Origin: Eledone cirrhosa | Taxonomy: Eukaryota | DNA length: 64,000 nt | Assembly (NCBI GenBank): GCA_964016885.1 | Contig: OZ024745.1 | Location: 87,606,001 to 87,670,000 of the forward strand | Direction: 5' to 3' | Part shown: positions 1-9,286 of the stretch, piece by piece | Numbering within the stretch: position 1 is the first letter of the stretch | Layout: each line of letters begins with the position of its first letter | Translations under genes and position numbers: made by a program | Notes under the pieces: model-generated | Told to the model about the DNA's origin: nothing | Database searches by the model: none | The model's input: the letters and a program-made list of their open reading frames with translations, nothing else

Positions 1-166
1 ATTTCTAGTTTTACAGTTAATATGGGGGCTTATTTTACAGGTTATACGTTTTTTATCTATACATGAGGGTCTTTGGAACGGGTGTGTCTTGCTAATAAGT
101 GTTTTTACGGAGGTACCTGGTCTTTCTACTATCTTAATATTGAGTTTATGTTTATTTAGGGCCCTT
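1..166 (-). mobile_element. Inverted copy of an internal 3' segment of the adjacent PLE (continues off the window edge)
   Basis: 1-166 is the reverse complement of 2902-3067 (atttctagttttacag... vs ...ctgtaaaactagaaat; the junction ends at gggccctt). An inverted segment abutting a 5'-truncated copy is typical of PLE insertions. Confidence 0.93.
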
Positions 167-1231
167 AAACAGGCAAAGCTAAATCAGGATACTATAGAGT
201 ATACCAATAGATATCCCGACAAAATTGACGGTATCAACATGGCCGACACCTCATTATCAGAAGAGTTCAACAACAAAAACACCAACATTTATGGGAACGC
301 AAAAATAGATAATGATGAAATGTCTGTGTTATGTTTGCCGCCGAAATTTGCGACATTCAAGAAGGTAAATATGATTAGTTGTCTGTCAGAAATAGAAAAA
401 TCATTTACAAAACTACGCTGGAGCATCAAAAACAAAAGCAACAATATACGCACACACATATACAACACACATCCCAACAACAACAGACACACAGACACAA
501 ACAACAATAACAACAACACACACATCAACAACAACAACAATAGCAACATAGCCAGAAACAACAACAACAGACACGCAGACACAAACAACAATAACAACAC
601 ACACAACAACGATAACACACACGGAGACAACAACACACATCAACAACAGCACACATCAACAACAACAACAACACACACGCATTCAATGCCTCTCACCACC
701 ACCACAATCTTAACAAACACACAGACACAGAAAACAAGTAATGACAGTAGCACAGAAATCAGAGAAATAAGGGAAAGTAATAAGATTAAAAGGAAAAGGA
801 GATGGGAGACTAAGGATAAAGAGAATAACCAAGACGAACACACAGACACACAAAATAGGGTAGATAACAACATTGAGCCAGTGGAAAGAGACAGGAGTAA
901 TTATGAGAGACATAGAAACAACCATGAGGCTGTTGGTGGAAATAGAAATAGAAACAACACAACTAACAATAACAATAGCACTAGTACACATAAAGCAGCA
1001 GCCTGGAACTCTCCGTTTTATAATCCCTCCGATAAATCATTCGACCTGCGACGAGTCCACACCAAGACTTTACCATTTAACAAACGCACGCAGTTGCCGT
1101 CGCAGGTCGATGAATAAACAGAAGCACAATTTAGTATAACTAAATCCGAATTTAGAAATATTATAGAACAGTATAGCAAGAAGCATAATAGAATAGAGGC
1201 CCAGCAACTGGGAGAAAAATCTGCAAATGGC
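167..1231 (+). pseudogene. N-terminal part of the PLE A polyprotein, separated from the RT by a single TAA at 1115-1117
   Basis: ORF 89..1117 and ORF 1232..3373 are in the same frame, with no other stop between 1118 and 1231. Contains the PLE N-terminal-like motif LCLPPKF...EKSFTKLRW. The first ~26 aa of the 89..1117 ORF derive from the inverted segment. Confidence 0.8.
430..730 (+). repeat. (AAC)n / AC-rich low-complexity tract encoding Asn/His/Thr runs
   Basis: Visible aacaacaac and acacac repeats; translation NNNRHTDTNNNNNN. Confidence 0.85.
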
Positions 1232-3373
1232 TTGCGTAAGCTCATGCAGCGCTCGCGTAATGGAGAGATAGCATGCTTTCCAACAGACAAGTCTGGCAGA
1301 ATGTCGGTTGACAGCCTGCCAAACTACATCCAGGCAATGCAACCCCACATCACTAACACAAGAGAGGTAACACCACAGGAGCATGAGGATAGAGAAAAAG
1401 CCCTCAATGCCCATATGGTGATGTGGACGAATATAATGCAGCCCAACAAAAGGACTGCCAACAACTTCCAGGCCTGGAACAATGACGTGCCGGCGTTGTA
1501 TGGGCTTCGAAAAGACCATAAAACGGGCTGTGACCCTGTCGCGGGACCACCAACACGGCCAGTCTGTGGAGCTAACATTGCTAGTAACTACAGACTGACC
1601 TACTTCCTCTCCCTGATCATACGCCCCATCATTGAGATGTCCCCAGATGTATGTGACAGCACGGAGGACATCCTCAGCAGAATCGGCATGAGTAACCGAT
1701 CTGGAAACCTAACAAAATGCATAATAGGCAGTATGGATGTTGTGTCCCTGTATCCATCTATTGACGTGGATTTTGCTGTGGAGAAATGCGTAGAAATGAT
1801 CAACGAGAGCAAGGTTGAGTTCCGTGGGATTGATACCAGTGAGCTGGGACTTCTACATAAGCTTACCCATAGTAATAGTTACCTAGACACTTATGACCTT
1901 AGCAACCTGTGCCCTACAAGACCAGCAAGAGGCAGACCACCTACCATTACCTCAATGGCCAAGAAAACCCACACAGATAGATGGAACGGGTGGACCAGAG
2001 CCATACGGACACCCGAAAACCACGATGAACTGAAGAAAATGATTGCACATGCGGTAGGGGCCAGCATAAAATTAACCCTTAAGGAACATATGTTCAAATT
2101 TAATGGAAAAACATATGCCCAAGAGGAAGGAGCAGCCATTGGTGTTAGCATTGCAGGCGACATAGCTAACTTATTCATGGTATGGTGGGACAGCAGACTT
2201 AAACTTAAACTTAAAGAACAATTAGAAGACAGCTTAAACCTGATAATGTACTCCCGCTACGTAGATGATATAAACATCGTAGTTAAGACACCCCCACTAG
2301 AGAACAGTCAGGAACTAGAGAAAAACAGAATGGAAAGCATCCAGCAAATAGCAAACTCCATCCACCAGAGTATTAGAGTTACTATAGACTACCCAAGTAG
2401 ACACCCCAACCATCGATTACCTGTACTAGACACAGAGCTCTGGTTAAATACCATTAACAACCAAAAACAAATCCTCCATTCCCATTATGCCAAACCCATG
2501 ACTTCCAAACATCTGATCCACCGAAACTCGGCCATTTCGGACCATACCAAATTCAACGTACTGATTGCGGATTTGGTACGGGTGATGAGAAATGTGTCGC
2601 GCATGTGCAACCCCGAAGAACTAGAGAGACACATACAACACTTCATCCACCGTATGCAGTTCTCTGGCTACAATCAGAGAGATAGAATCAGAGTGTATAG
2701 AGGAGCCAGAACCAAATGGGAAAAAATGGTAAATAATGACATAAATGGGACCTGCCCCTTGTATAGGAGCACATTTTGGAATAGAATAGAAAGAACTAGG
2801 AACAAGGCCAATAGAATAAACTCATGGTATGATAGCAATAAATACCAGAGTGTAATGTTCATCAATACAAACCCTAGACGCGAACTAGCCTACAAATTTA
2901 GAAGGGCCCTAAATAAACATAAACTCAATATTAAGATAGTAGAAAGACCAGGTACCTCCGTAAAAACACTTATTAGCAAGACACACCCGTTCCAAAGACC
3001 CTCATGTATAGATAAAAAACGTATAACCTGTAAAATAAGCCCCCATATTAACTGTAAAACTAGAAATGTAGTGTATAGCATAAAATGTACTGAAGGACAA
3101 TGTAGAAAAAAAAATGAGACAGCTCGTAGTATAGGGGAACGGATAAATGAACACTGGCGAGACCTTCAAGATAATAAAGAATCATCTGTACTCTACCAAC
3201 ATGCTAAGATAGAACACAAGGGTAAATTAGAGAACATAGAAATAAAAATAGAATCCACACACAGAAAAGATACAATGTTTAGGCAAATTACAGAGGCAGT
3301 AAGCATAAAAGAATTACAACCAAAATTAAATAGAAAATATGAGTGGAACAGCAACATCACAACTTACAATTAA
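1232..3373 (+). CDS. PLE reverse transcriptase / GIY-YIG endonuclease polyprotein (main ORF)
   Basis: RT motifs PTDKSG, LYGLRKDHK, RPVC, GSMDVVSLYPSI, QEEGAAIG, YSRYVDDI, LPVLD. C-terminal CKTRNVVYSIKC...ETARSIGERINEH...RQITEAVSI...LN resembles GIY-YIG. True start probably lies upstream in the same frame. Confidence 0.9.
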   Translation: MRKLMQRSRNGEIACFPTDKSGRMSVDSLPNYIQAMQPHITNTREVTPQEHEDREKALNAHMVMWTNIMQPNKRTANNFQAWNNDVPALYGLRKDHKTGCDPVAGPPTRPVCGANIASNYRLTYFLSLIIRPIIEMSPDVCDSTEDILSRIGMSNRSGNLTKCIIGSMDVVSLYPSIDVDFAVEKCVEMINESKVEFRGIDTSELGLLHKLTHSNSYLDTYDLSNLCPTRPARGRPPTITSMAKKTHTDRWNGWTRAIRTPENHDELKKMIAHAVGASIKLTLKEHMFKFNGKTYAQEEGAAIGVSIAGDIANLFMVWWDSRLKLKLKEQLEDSLNLIMYSRYVDDINIVVKTPPLENSQELEKNRMESIQQIANSIHQSIRVTIDYPSRHPNHRLPVLDTELWLNTINNQKQILHSHYAKPMTSKHLIHRNSAISDHTKFNVLIADLVRVMRNVSRMCNPEELERHIQHFIHRMQFSGYNQRDRIRVYRGARTKWEKMVNNDINGTCPLYRSTFWNRIERTRNKANRINSWYDSNKYQSVMFINTNPRRELAYKFRRALNKHKLNIKIVERPGTSVKTLISKTHPFQRPSCIDKKRITCKISPHINCKTRNVVYSIKCTEGQCRKKNETARSIGERINEHWRDLQDNKESSVLYQHAKIEHKGKLENIEIKIESTHRKDTMFRQITEAVSIKELQPKLNRKYEWNSNITTYN

Positions 3374-3577
3374 GGACAAAATGAAAACACACACACACAT
3401 AGAACAAACAACCAACCAACAACATGTAAATAAATAAACAAATAGATAAATGAACACAAACACACACAGACACCCGGATGTGGCGCATGCGCAAACTGAG
3501 CACACAACACACACACAGAAACAAAATGGCGTAGGACAGAAGAACGGAAAGGCACAGAAACAAAGAAAGGAATCCCC

Positions 3578-3622
3578 AGGCACTGAAGAGGTCACAGAGT
3601 GTGTGACGAAAGGACTATGACT
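3578..3622 (+). ncRNA. Minimal type I hammerhead-like motif in PLE A pLTR (copy 1, stem I mismatch)
   Basis: aggca-CTGAAGA-g-gtcaca(gagtg)tgtgac-GAAA-ggac-TA-tgact. Stem II is 6 bp, there is one extra G after A9, and stem III is minimal. Confidence 0.65.
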
Positions 3623-3844
3623 ATATATAAACAACTATCTGGTTGTGGAACCAACCAACCAACCAGAAATTTATAAGTTTGTAGATTTGTAAATTTATAA
3701 ATTTATAAATATATAATAAATTGAAGTGAAAGCAACTGGTGCGTGTGTTTCTTATTGGCAACATGACCCTCCCAAAGTATAACAATATCGGTTTCAACAC
3801 ACGATTTCAGATAAAGTATCTTGCTAAACAAATTCAGAAACGAA

Positions 3845-3925
3845 ATATATATATATATATATTCATATATATATATATTCATATATATATATATATATAT
3901 ATTCATATATATATATATATATATA

Positions 3926-3960
<35 letters not shown>
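3845..3960. repeat. (TA)n microsatellite with periodic TTCA interruptions
   Basis: Direct reading of the sequence. Confidence 0.95.
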
Positions 3961-3963
<3 letters not shown>

Positions 3964-4085
3964 GGAGGTGAGTTTTATTGTAGTACAATAAAGCAATGCA
4001 GATATCGGATAAGAAGCACTCTACAGTTTGTGGGACTGGAGTATGCATAATATAAGATCAAAAGATGGTTAAAGGAGTTCAATAT

Positions 4086-4154
4086 ATTTTATTATGCGCA
4101 TTTCAAAAACAAACATCATCAAACAATAATATTTGTGTTTTCATCAGATAAAAC
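4086..4154 (-). ncRNA. Type I hammerhead ribozyme in the inverted arm of PLE B
   Basis: Reverse complement reads gttttat-CTGATGA-aaacacaaatattatt(gttt)gatgatgtttgttttt-GAAA-tgcgca-TA-ataaaat. Confidence 0.75.
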
Positions 4155-4691
4155 AGGAGAACATGATATGAGGGCTAAAAAAACACTTGTTGATAGTGCA
4201 GTTTTAAATCAACATATGAAAAGTGGTTTTAGATTGATGTGTGATATTGGGAAAAATATTTTATTTAGAGAGGGGGGGGAGAGAAAAGGATGAAAAGGGA
4301 AGGAGATGAGAGGGAGAGATGGGTGATAGAGAGAAAGAGATAGTTTTTATAACTGAGAGGAGATATATTTTATATAGAGGGGTTGAAAGCCGTTGGAAGA
4401 TACTGTATAAATTAAAAATTTTGAAAATTAACGAAGGGAGGATATGTGCGAGGAAAAAATATATTATATTTAGGGAGGGGGGGGGGTGGAAAGGATGAAA
4501 AAAAGGGGAGGAGATGAGAGTGAAGGTGGAAAGGGAGAGATGGGTGATAGAGAGAAAGAGATAGTTTTTATAACTGAGAAAAAGATATAATGTTTTAATA
4601 TAGAGAGGTTGGGAACCGTTGGAAGATAATGTATAAATTAAAGGAATTTGAAAATTAACGAAGGGAAATTATGTATGAAGATAGAGAGAAA

Positions 4692-4953
4692 CAAACTTAA
4701 AAGAACTAACACTGCTCTCTCAGAACTCATATGGTCCTTAAAAGACAAAAACATTAAATATAACATCTTTTGGAAAAAGATTTCTTCTGCATCCTCGTAC
4801 TTGAACAGCTCTCTATCTAAAATCTGTAATCTCTGCCTAAATGAAAAATTTACCATTATCTCTAACCTAGAATCCATAATAAATAGACGCTCGGATTTGT
4901 TTTCCATCTGCCTGCATAAATTCCATAGAACTTTTCACAAAGTATACAGTTAA
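4692..4953 (+). pseudogene. C-terminal fragment of a PLE GIY-YIG endonuclease (family distinct from element A)
   Basis: TALSELIWSLKDKNIKYNIFWKKI...CNLCLNEKFTII...INRRSDLFSICLH matches, from memory, the T.LS..IW.LK...C.LCL.EK...N.RSE...C.H tail of invertebrate PLE endonucleases. Confidence 0.75.
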
Positions 4954-5008
4954 TATTCAATTCTTTATCAATTTAGAATATTTTCTCAAAGGCACATATA
5001 CATACACC

Positions 5009-5440
5009 TCTTTAAAATATACCCATCTACCTTACTTTAAAGGGCATTATACACTCTATAATACTCGTTTACTCATTACCCTCATTCTATCTTCTCGTAA
5101 AACAATAACATTTGTTTTTGACATTTTGAATATTCATCCGCAATCATTATTATTTTTTCTCTCTATCATAAATCTTTTTAATCTCAATTTCATCCTTAAT
5201 TTATTATTATATATTTTTTTTAATATATACTCATATATTCTTTAAAATATACCCATCTACCTTACTTTAAAGGGCATTATACACTCTATAATACTCGTTT
5301 ACTCATTACCCTCATTCTATCTCCTCGTAAAACAATAACATTTGTTTTTGACATTTTGAGTATTCATCCGCAATCATTATTATTTTTTCTCTCTATCATA
5401 AATCTTTTTAATCTCAATTTCATCCTTAATTTATTATTAT
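5009..5440 (+). repeat. Two ~200-bp direct repeats, period 230 bp, in the PLE B 3' UTR
   Basis: tctttaaaatatacccatctacc...ttattattat at 5009-5210 and 5239-5440; a partial diverged third copy near 5580-5630. Confidence 0.9.
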
Positions 5441-6150
5441 TTTCTTCTCCCCATCAACGAACTCATTATTAATACATATGAATTCAATATACAAACTTTA
5501 ACTTCACATTATTTTTCTCAAATCCTTCTACACATAAACTTTTTCTCTTTGCTAATTTTAAAATTCCTACATTTCTTCTTTTGACGTTAGAATATTCACC
5601 CACAATTATTATTTTTTTCTCTCTATCTTCATACATAATTTCCCTTCGTTAATTTTCAAATTCCTTTAATTTATATCTTCCAACGGTTCCCAACCTCTCT
5701 ATATTAAAACATTATATCTTTTTCTCAGTTATAAAAACTATCTCTTTCTCTCTATCACACATCTCTCCCTTTCCACCTTCACTCTCATCTCCTCCCCTTT
5801 TTTTCATCCTTTCCAACCCCCCCCCCCCTCCCTAAATATAATATATTTTTTCCTCGCACATATCCTCCCTTCGTTAATTTTCAAAATTTTTAATTTATAC
5901 AGTATCTTCCAACGGTTTTCAACCCCTCTATATAAAATATATCTCCTCTCAGTTATAAAAACTATCTCTTTCTCTCTATCACCCATCTCTCCCTCTCATC
6001 TCCTTCCCTTTTCATCCTTTTCTCTCCCCCTCCTCTCTAAATAAAATATTTTTCCCAATATCACACATCAATCTAAAACCACTTTTCATATGTTGATTTA
6101 AAACTGCACTATCAACAAGTGTTTTTTTAGCCCTCATATCATGTTCTCCT

Positions 6151-6219
6151 GTTTTATCTGATGACAACACAAATATTATTGTTTGATGATGTTTGTTTTT
6201 GAAATGCGCATAATAAAAT
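6151..6219 (+). ncRNA. Type I hammerhead ribozyme at the 3' end of PLE B
   Basis: Stem I ttttat/ataaaa, CTGATGA at 6158-6164, long G-U-rich stem II, GAAA at 6201-6204, palindromic stem III ATGCGCAT, AUA cleavage triplet. Confidence 0.75.
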
Positions 6220-6250
6220 ATATTGAACTCCTTTAACCATCTTTTGATCT

Positions 6251-6255
<5 letters not shown>

Positions 6256-6312
<57 letters not shown>
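6256..6312. repeat. (TA)n microsatellite
   Basis: Direct reading of the sequence. Confidence 0.95.
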
Positions 6313-6314
<2 letters not shown>

Positions 6315-7570
6315 TAAAACATGTCTATAGAATCACCAGATAAAATATATACCGTTTCTTCTCCCAATTAGCATAATTAACCATATAAAAAATCAATAAG
6401 ACCAAGCTATAAGAATAATGGCTCCGATGAAGAAATCTCCGACAAATAATCGAAAGAAGCCCCTTCGCGGCGGTTACGACGGATTATTTATCGAATATTT
6501 CGACAGCATGTATAACTCGATCAGATATACAGTCAACTAAACAGAATTAGGTTTAAAATAAACTACAAGAAAAGTGTACACATTTAATTACCTCTACCAT
6601 GGTTTCGTCCGCATTTTAAGACATCCGATAACATTGGATATCTAGAGCTTCGGATTCTTCAGGAGTTAGCTCAAATTTAGATAATTAATTTTCCAAAAGT
6701 GATCGCGCCAAGAATACATTCAAAAATGGCTAATTGGGAGAGGAAACGGTATATATTTTATCTGGTGATTCTATAGACATGTTTCATGATATATAGCTCT
6801 GATTATTTAATTTATTAATTCTTCATTGAGCCACAAAGTGACCCGTTGCAAAACACACATATATATATATATATGACTTTATATATATATATGTAAACCT
6901 TTATATATAATAATCTCCCGTTAGGTTGAGATACAATTTTGGCTGTATTGGGCTGCGCTTTCTAGCAAAAAGCCTACACGCCGTAAGCAACTAATCACAA
7001 CCTTTCAAACTTGACCGCTGCCACGTCACGATTCTTAGCCATTTTTGAATGTATTCTTGGCGTGATCACTTTGGAAAATTAATTGTCTAAATTTGAGCTA
7101 ACTTCTGAAGAATCCGAAGCTCTAGATATCCAATATTATCGGATGTCTTAAAATGCGGACGAAACCATGGTAGAGGTATTTAAATGTGTACACTTTTCTT
7201 CTAGTTTAATTTACACCTAATTCTGTTTAGTCGACTGTATATCTTGTAGATTTATACATGCTGTCGAAATATTCGATAAGTAATCCGTTGTAACCGCCGC
7301 TAAGGGGCTGCTTTCAGTTATTTGTCGGAGATTTCTTCATAGCGGCCTTTATTCTTAAAGCTTGGTCTAATTGATTTTTTATATGGTTAATTATGCTAAT
7401 TGGGAGAGGAAACGGTATATATTTTATCTGGTGATTCTATAGACATGTTTTATGATATATAGCTCTGATTATTTAATTTATTAATTCTTCATTGAGCCAC
7501 AAAGTGACCCGTTGCAAAACACATATATATCTATGACTTTATATATATATATATATATGTAAACCTTTAT
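6311..7570 (+). mobile_element. ORF-less PLE-type element: inverted arm plus partial tandem repeat (unit ~666 bp) with a degenerate hammerhead
   Basis: About 6311-6730 is a diverged reverse complement of about 7035-7460. About 6729-6905 is a direct repeat of about 7395-7570. No ORF; (TA)n on both sides. Confidence 0.7.
7099..7178 (+). ncRNA. Degenerate type I hammerhead (inverse copy at 6589-6668, minus strand)
   Basis: CTGAAGA-a-tccg...agatatcc/ggatgtct...cgga-c-GAAA-ccatgg-TA-gag. Palindromic stem III ACCATGGT; A10.1-C11.1 mismatch; stem I only ~3 bp (ctc/gag in the minus copy). Confidence 0.55.
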
Positions 7571-7584
7571 ATATATATATATAT

Positions 7585-8092
7585 ATATGAATGTATATAT
7601 AGTGTATTTTGCAATACACTGTATGCTTAATTAAAAGCATTTCAAAGACCTTACGCTATTGTTTTAGAGTAGTGACAGTCTCACTTACTTTAATTTTCAG
7701 TAAACAGGGGAGATAAAGCTGACAGTGCTCCGTTTCGCACTTTTTGGTGCTTATCAAATCTAACTACGCCGCCTGTTTGCCGAAAATTATGAATGTTTGA
7801 TTCTTATAGAATTCCAGTAATAATCAGGAACTGATTATACAGAGCGGTTGCCGGTCAAGTAGAAATTGAAAATTAGAATTGGTGCTCTGAAATAGCGGAA
7901 CAGGCGGAGTAGTTAGCTTTGATAAGCACCAAAAAGTGCGAAAGCGAGCTCTGTCAGATTTATCTCCCCTGTTTGCTGAAAATTTAAGTAAGTGAGACTG
8001 TTACTACACTAAAGCAATAGCGTAAGGTCTTCGAAATGCTTTTAATTAAACATAGTGTATTGCAAAATACACTATATATACATTCATATATA
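7585..8092. mobile_element. Fold-back element with ~190-bp imperfect inverted arms in TA-rich flanks
   Basis: About 7585-7778 is the reverse complement of about 7899-8092 (atgaatgtatatatagtgtattttgcaatacact... / ...agtgtattgcaaaatacactatatatacattcat). About 8097-8125 is an additional inverted copy of about 7870-7897. Confidence 0.8.
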
Positions 8093-8121
8093 TATATCGC
8101 TATTTCAGAGAACCAATTCTA

Positions 8122-8124
<3 letters not shown>

Positions 8125-8166
<42 letters not shown>
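8125..8166. repeat. (TA)n microsatellite
   Basis: Direct reading of the sequence. Confidence 0.95.
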
Positions 8167-8169
<3 letters not shown>

Positions 8170-9022
8170 TTTTCCGTAGTGTTGTAATATGAATATTACA
8201 CAGAGTAGATGGACAGCTCACGTAGGGTTTGCTCGACGGTGCCAGTTGTAGTTTCAAAAGTAATCCAGAGAAAATAGAAGGATTTAAATGGATACAGTTC
8301 AGTAAAAGGAATTTATTGACACGTATTTCAATAACAGTTATATAGCCTGAAAACAGCTGTTATCTACAAAGTATTAATTATGCAGACATTCAATATTTCA
8401 ATGTTATTTTCAACTATCATTTCATCAGAATTATCTCATTGAGAACTTGTTTGGTTTGTATAGAGAATATTAAGAGGGAGGAGTGAAGTTAGAAGAATAG
8501 TTAAGGGAGTGGATAGAAATGTTTGATAGCAGTGGGTAATTAGATTCCCATCTGTTGTTTTGACATTTTTATAGAATTCATTATTTGACGTTGGTTATTT
8601 TTCTAAATCTATAGAAGGATTAGAGATAGTAAAGATATGCATGGTTGGTTTTGTGTTTGCACTTAATTAACATACATACTTGAATTTTTCTTTCAAGTGT
8701 GTGTATCCGTTCGCCCACACATAGATATATGTGTAGATATACTTATTTAAAAAAAAAACCTTTTTTCCCACTACAAGCTGAATATTACATAAACGAGGGA
8801 CATCCTCCCAACTATACAAATCCTCAATCTAGTTAGAAAAATATAAAAACAATCACTTCTCAACTTATATATGTACTATTAATAACCTTAAATTATCACA
8901 CTAATAATGGATAAACATGCTGGTGAGAATAGGTGCGAATATGCTATAATGAATGTGTCTAAACACGACGATATGTATGTATATATGTGAAAATGTATAT
9001 ATATAAGTAAATAAGTGGGTGA

Positions 9023-9025
<3 letters not shown>

Positions 9026-9065
<40 letters not shown>
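9026..9065. repeat. (TA)n microsatellite at the centre of a short palindrome (gggtgagtgt...acactcaccc)
   Basis: Direct reading of the sequence. Confidence 0.9.
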
Positions 9066-9068
<3 letters not shown>

Positions 9069-9109
9069 TCACCCAAAGAAAGGAATCCAAATATATATAT
9101 ACACTCACC

Positions 9110-9286
9110 CAAAGAAAGGAATCCCCAGTCACTGAAGAGGTCACAGAGTGTGTGACGAAAGGACTATGACTATATATAAACAACTATCTGGTTGTGGAAC
9201 CAACCAACCAACCAGAAATTTATAAGTTTGTAGATTTGTAAATTTATAAATTTATAAATATATAATAAATTGAAGTGAAAGCAACT
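9110..9286 (+). mobile_element. Solo pLTR of PLE A (177 bp)
   Basis: Nearly identical to 3561-3737; I saw one difference (aggca vs agtca). Both copies end at ...gaaagcaact. Confidence 0.92.
9127..9171 (+). ncRNA. Minimal type I hammerhead-like motif (copy 2, perfect stem I)
   Basis: agtca-CTGAAGA-g-gtcaca(gagtg)tgtgac-GAAA-ggac-TA-tgact; agtca pairs with tgact. Confidence 0.72.

Larger units (their letters stand above)
167..3737 (+). mobile_element. Penelope-like retroelement A (5'-truncated; RT + C-terminal GIY-YIG; 3' pLTR with hammerhead motif)
   Basis: One long reading frame with PLE RT and GIY-YIG motifs, an AC-rich 3' UTR, and a 177-bp terminal segment (3561-3737) that recurs at 9110-9286. 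Confidence 0.92.
4047..6258 (+). mobile_element. PLE B remnant: GIY-YIG 3' fragment plus long 3' UTR, preceded by an inverted copy of its own 3' end
   Basis: About 4047-4691 is the reverse complement of about 5616-6258 with few differences. The spacer holds the endonuclease tail and a 230-bp duplication. The right end abuts a (TA)n tract. Confidence 0.8.

Noticed and set aside
289-991. Hydrophobic minus-strand ORFs (poly-L/V/C)
   Set aside because: Antisense translations of AAC/AC repeats in the PLE reading frame.
1115-1117. Programmed readthrough or selenocysteine at the in-frame stop
   Set aside because: The codon is TAA, not TGA, and I see no readthrough signal; a nonsense mutation is simpler.
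3703-4050. YIYI-rich ORFs (also 8888-9183)
   Set aside because: Artefacts of (TA)n microsatellites.
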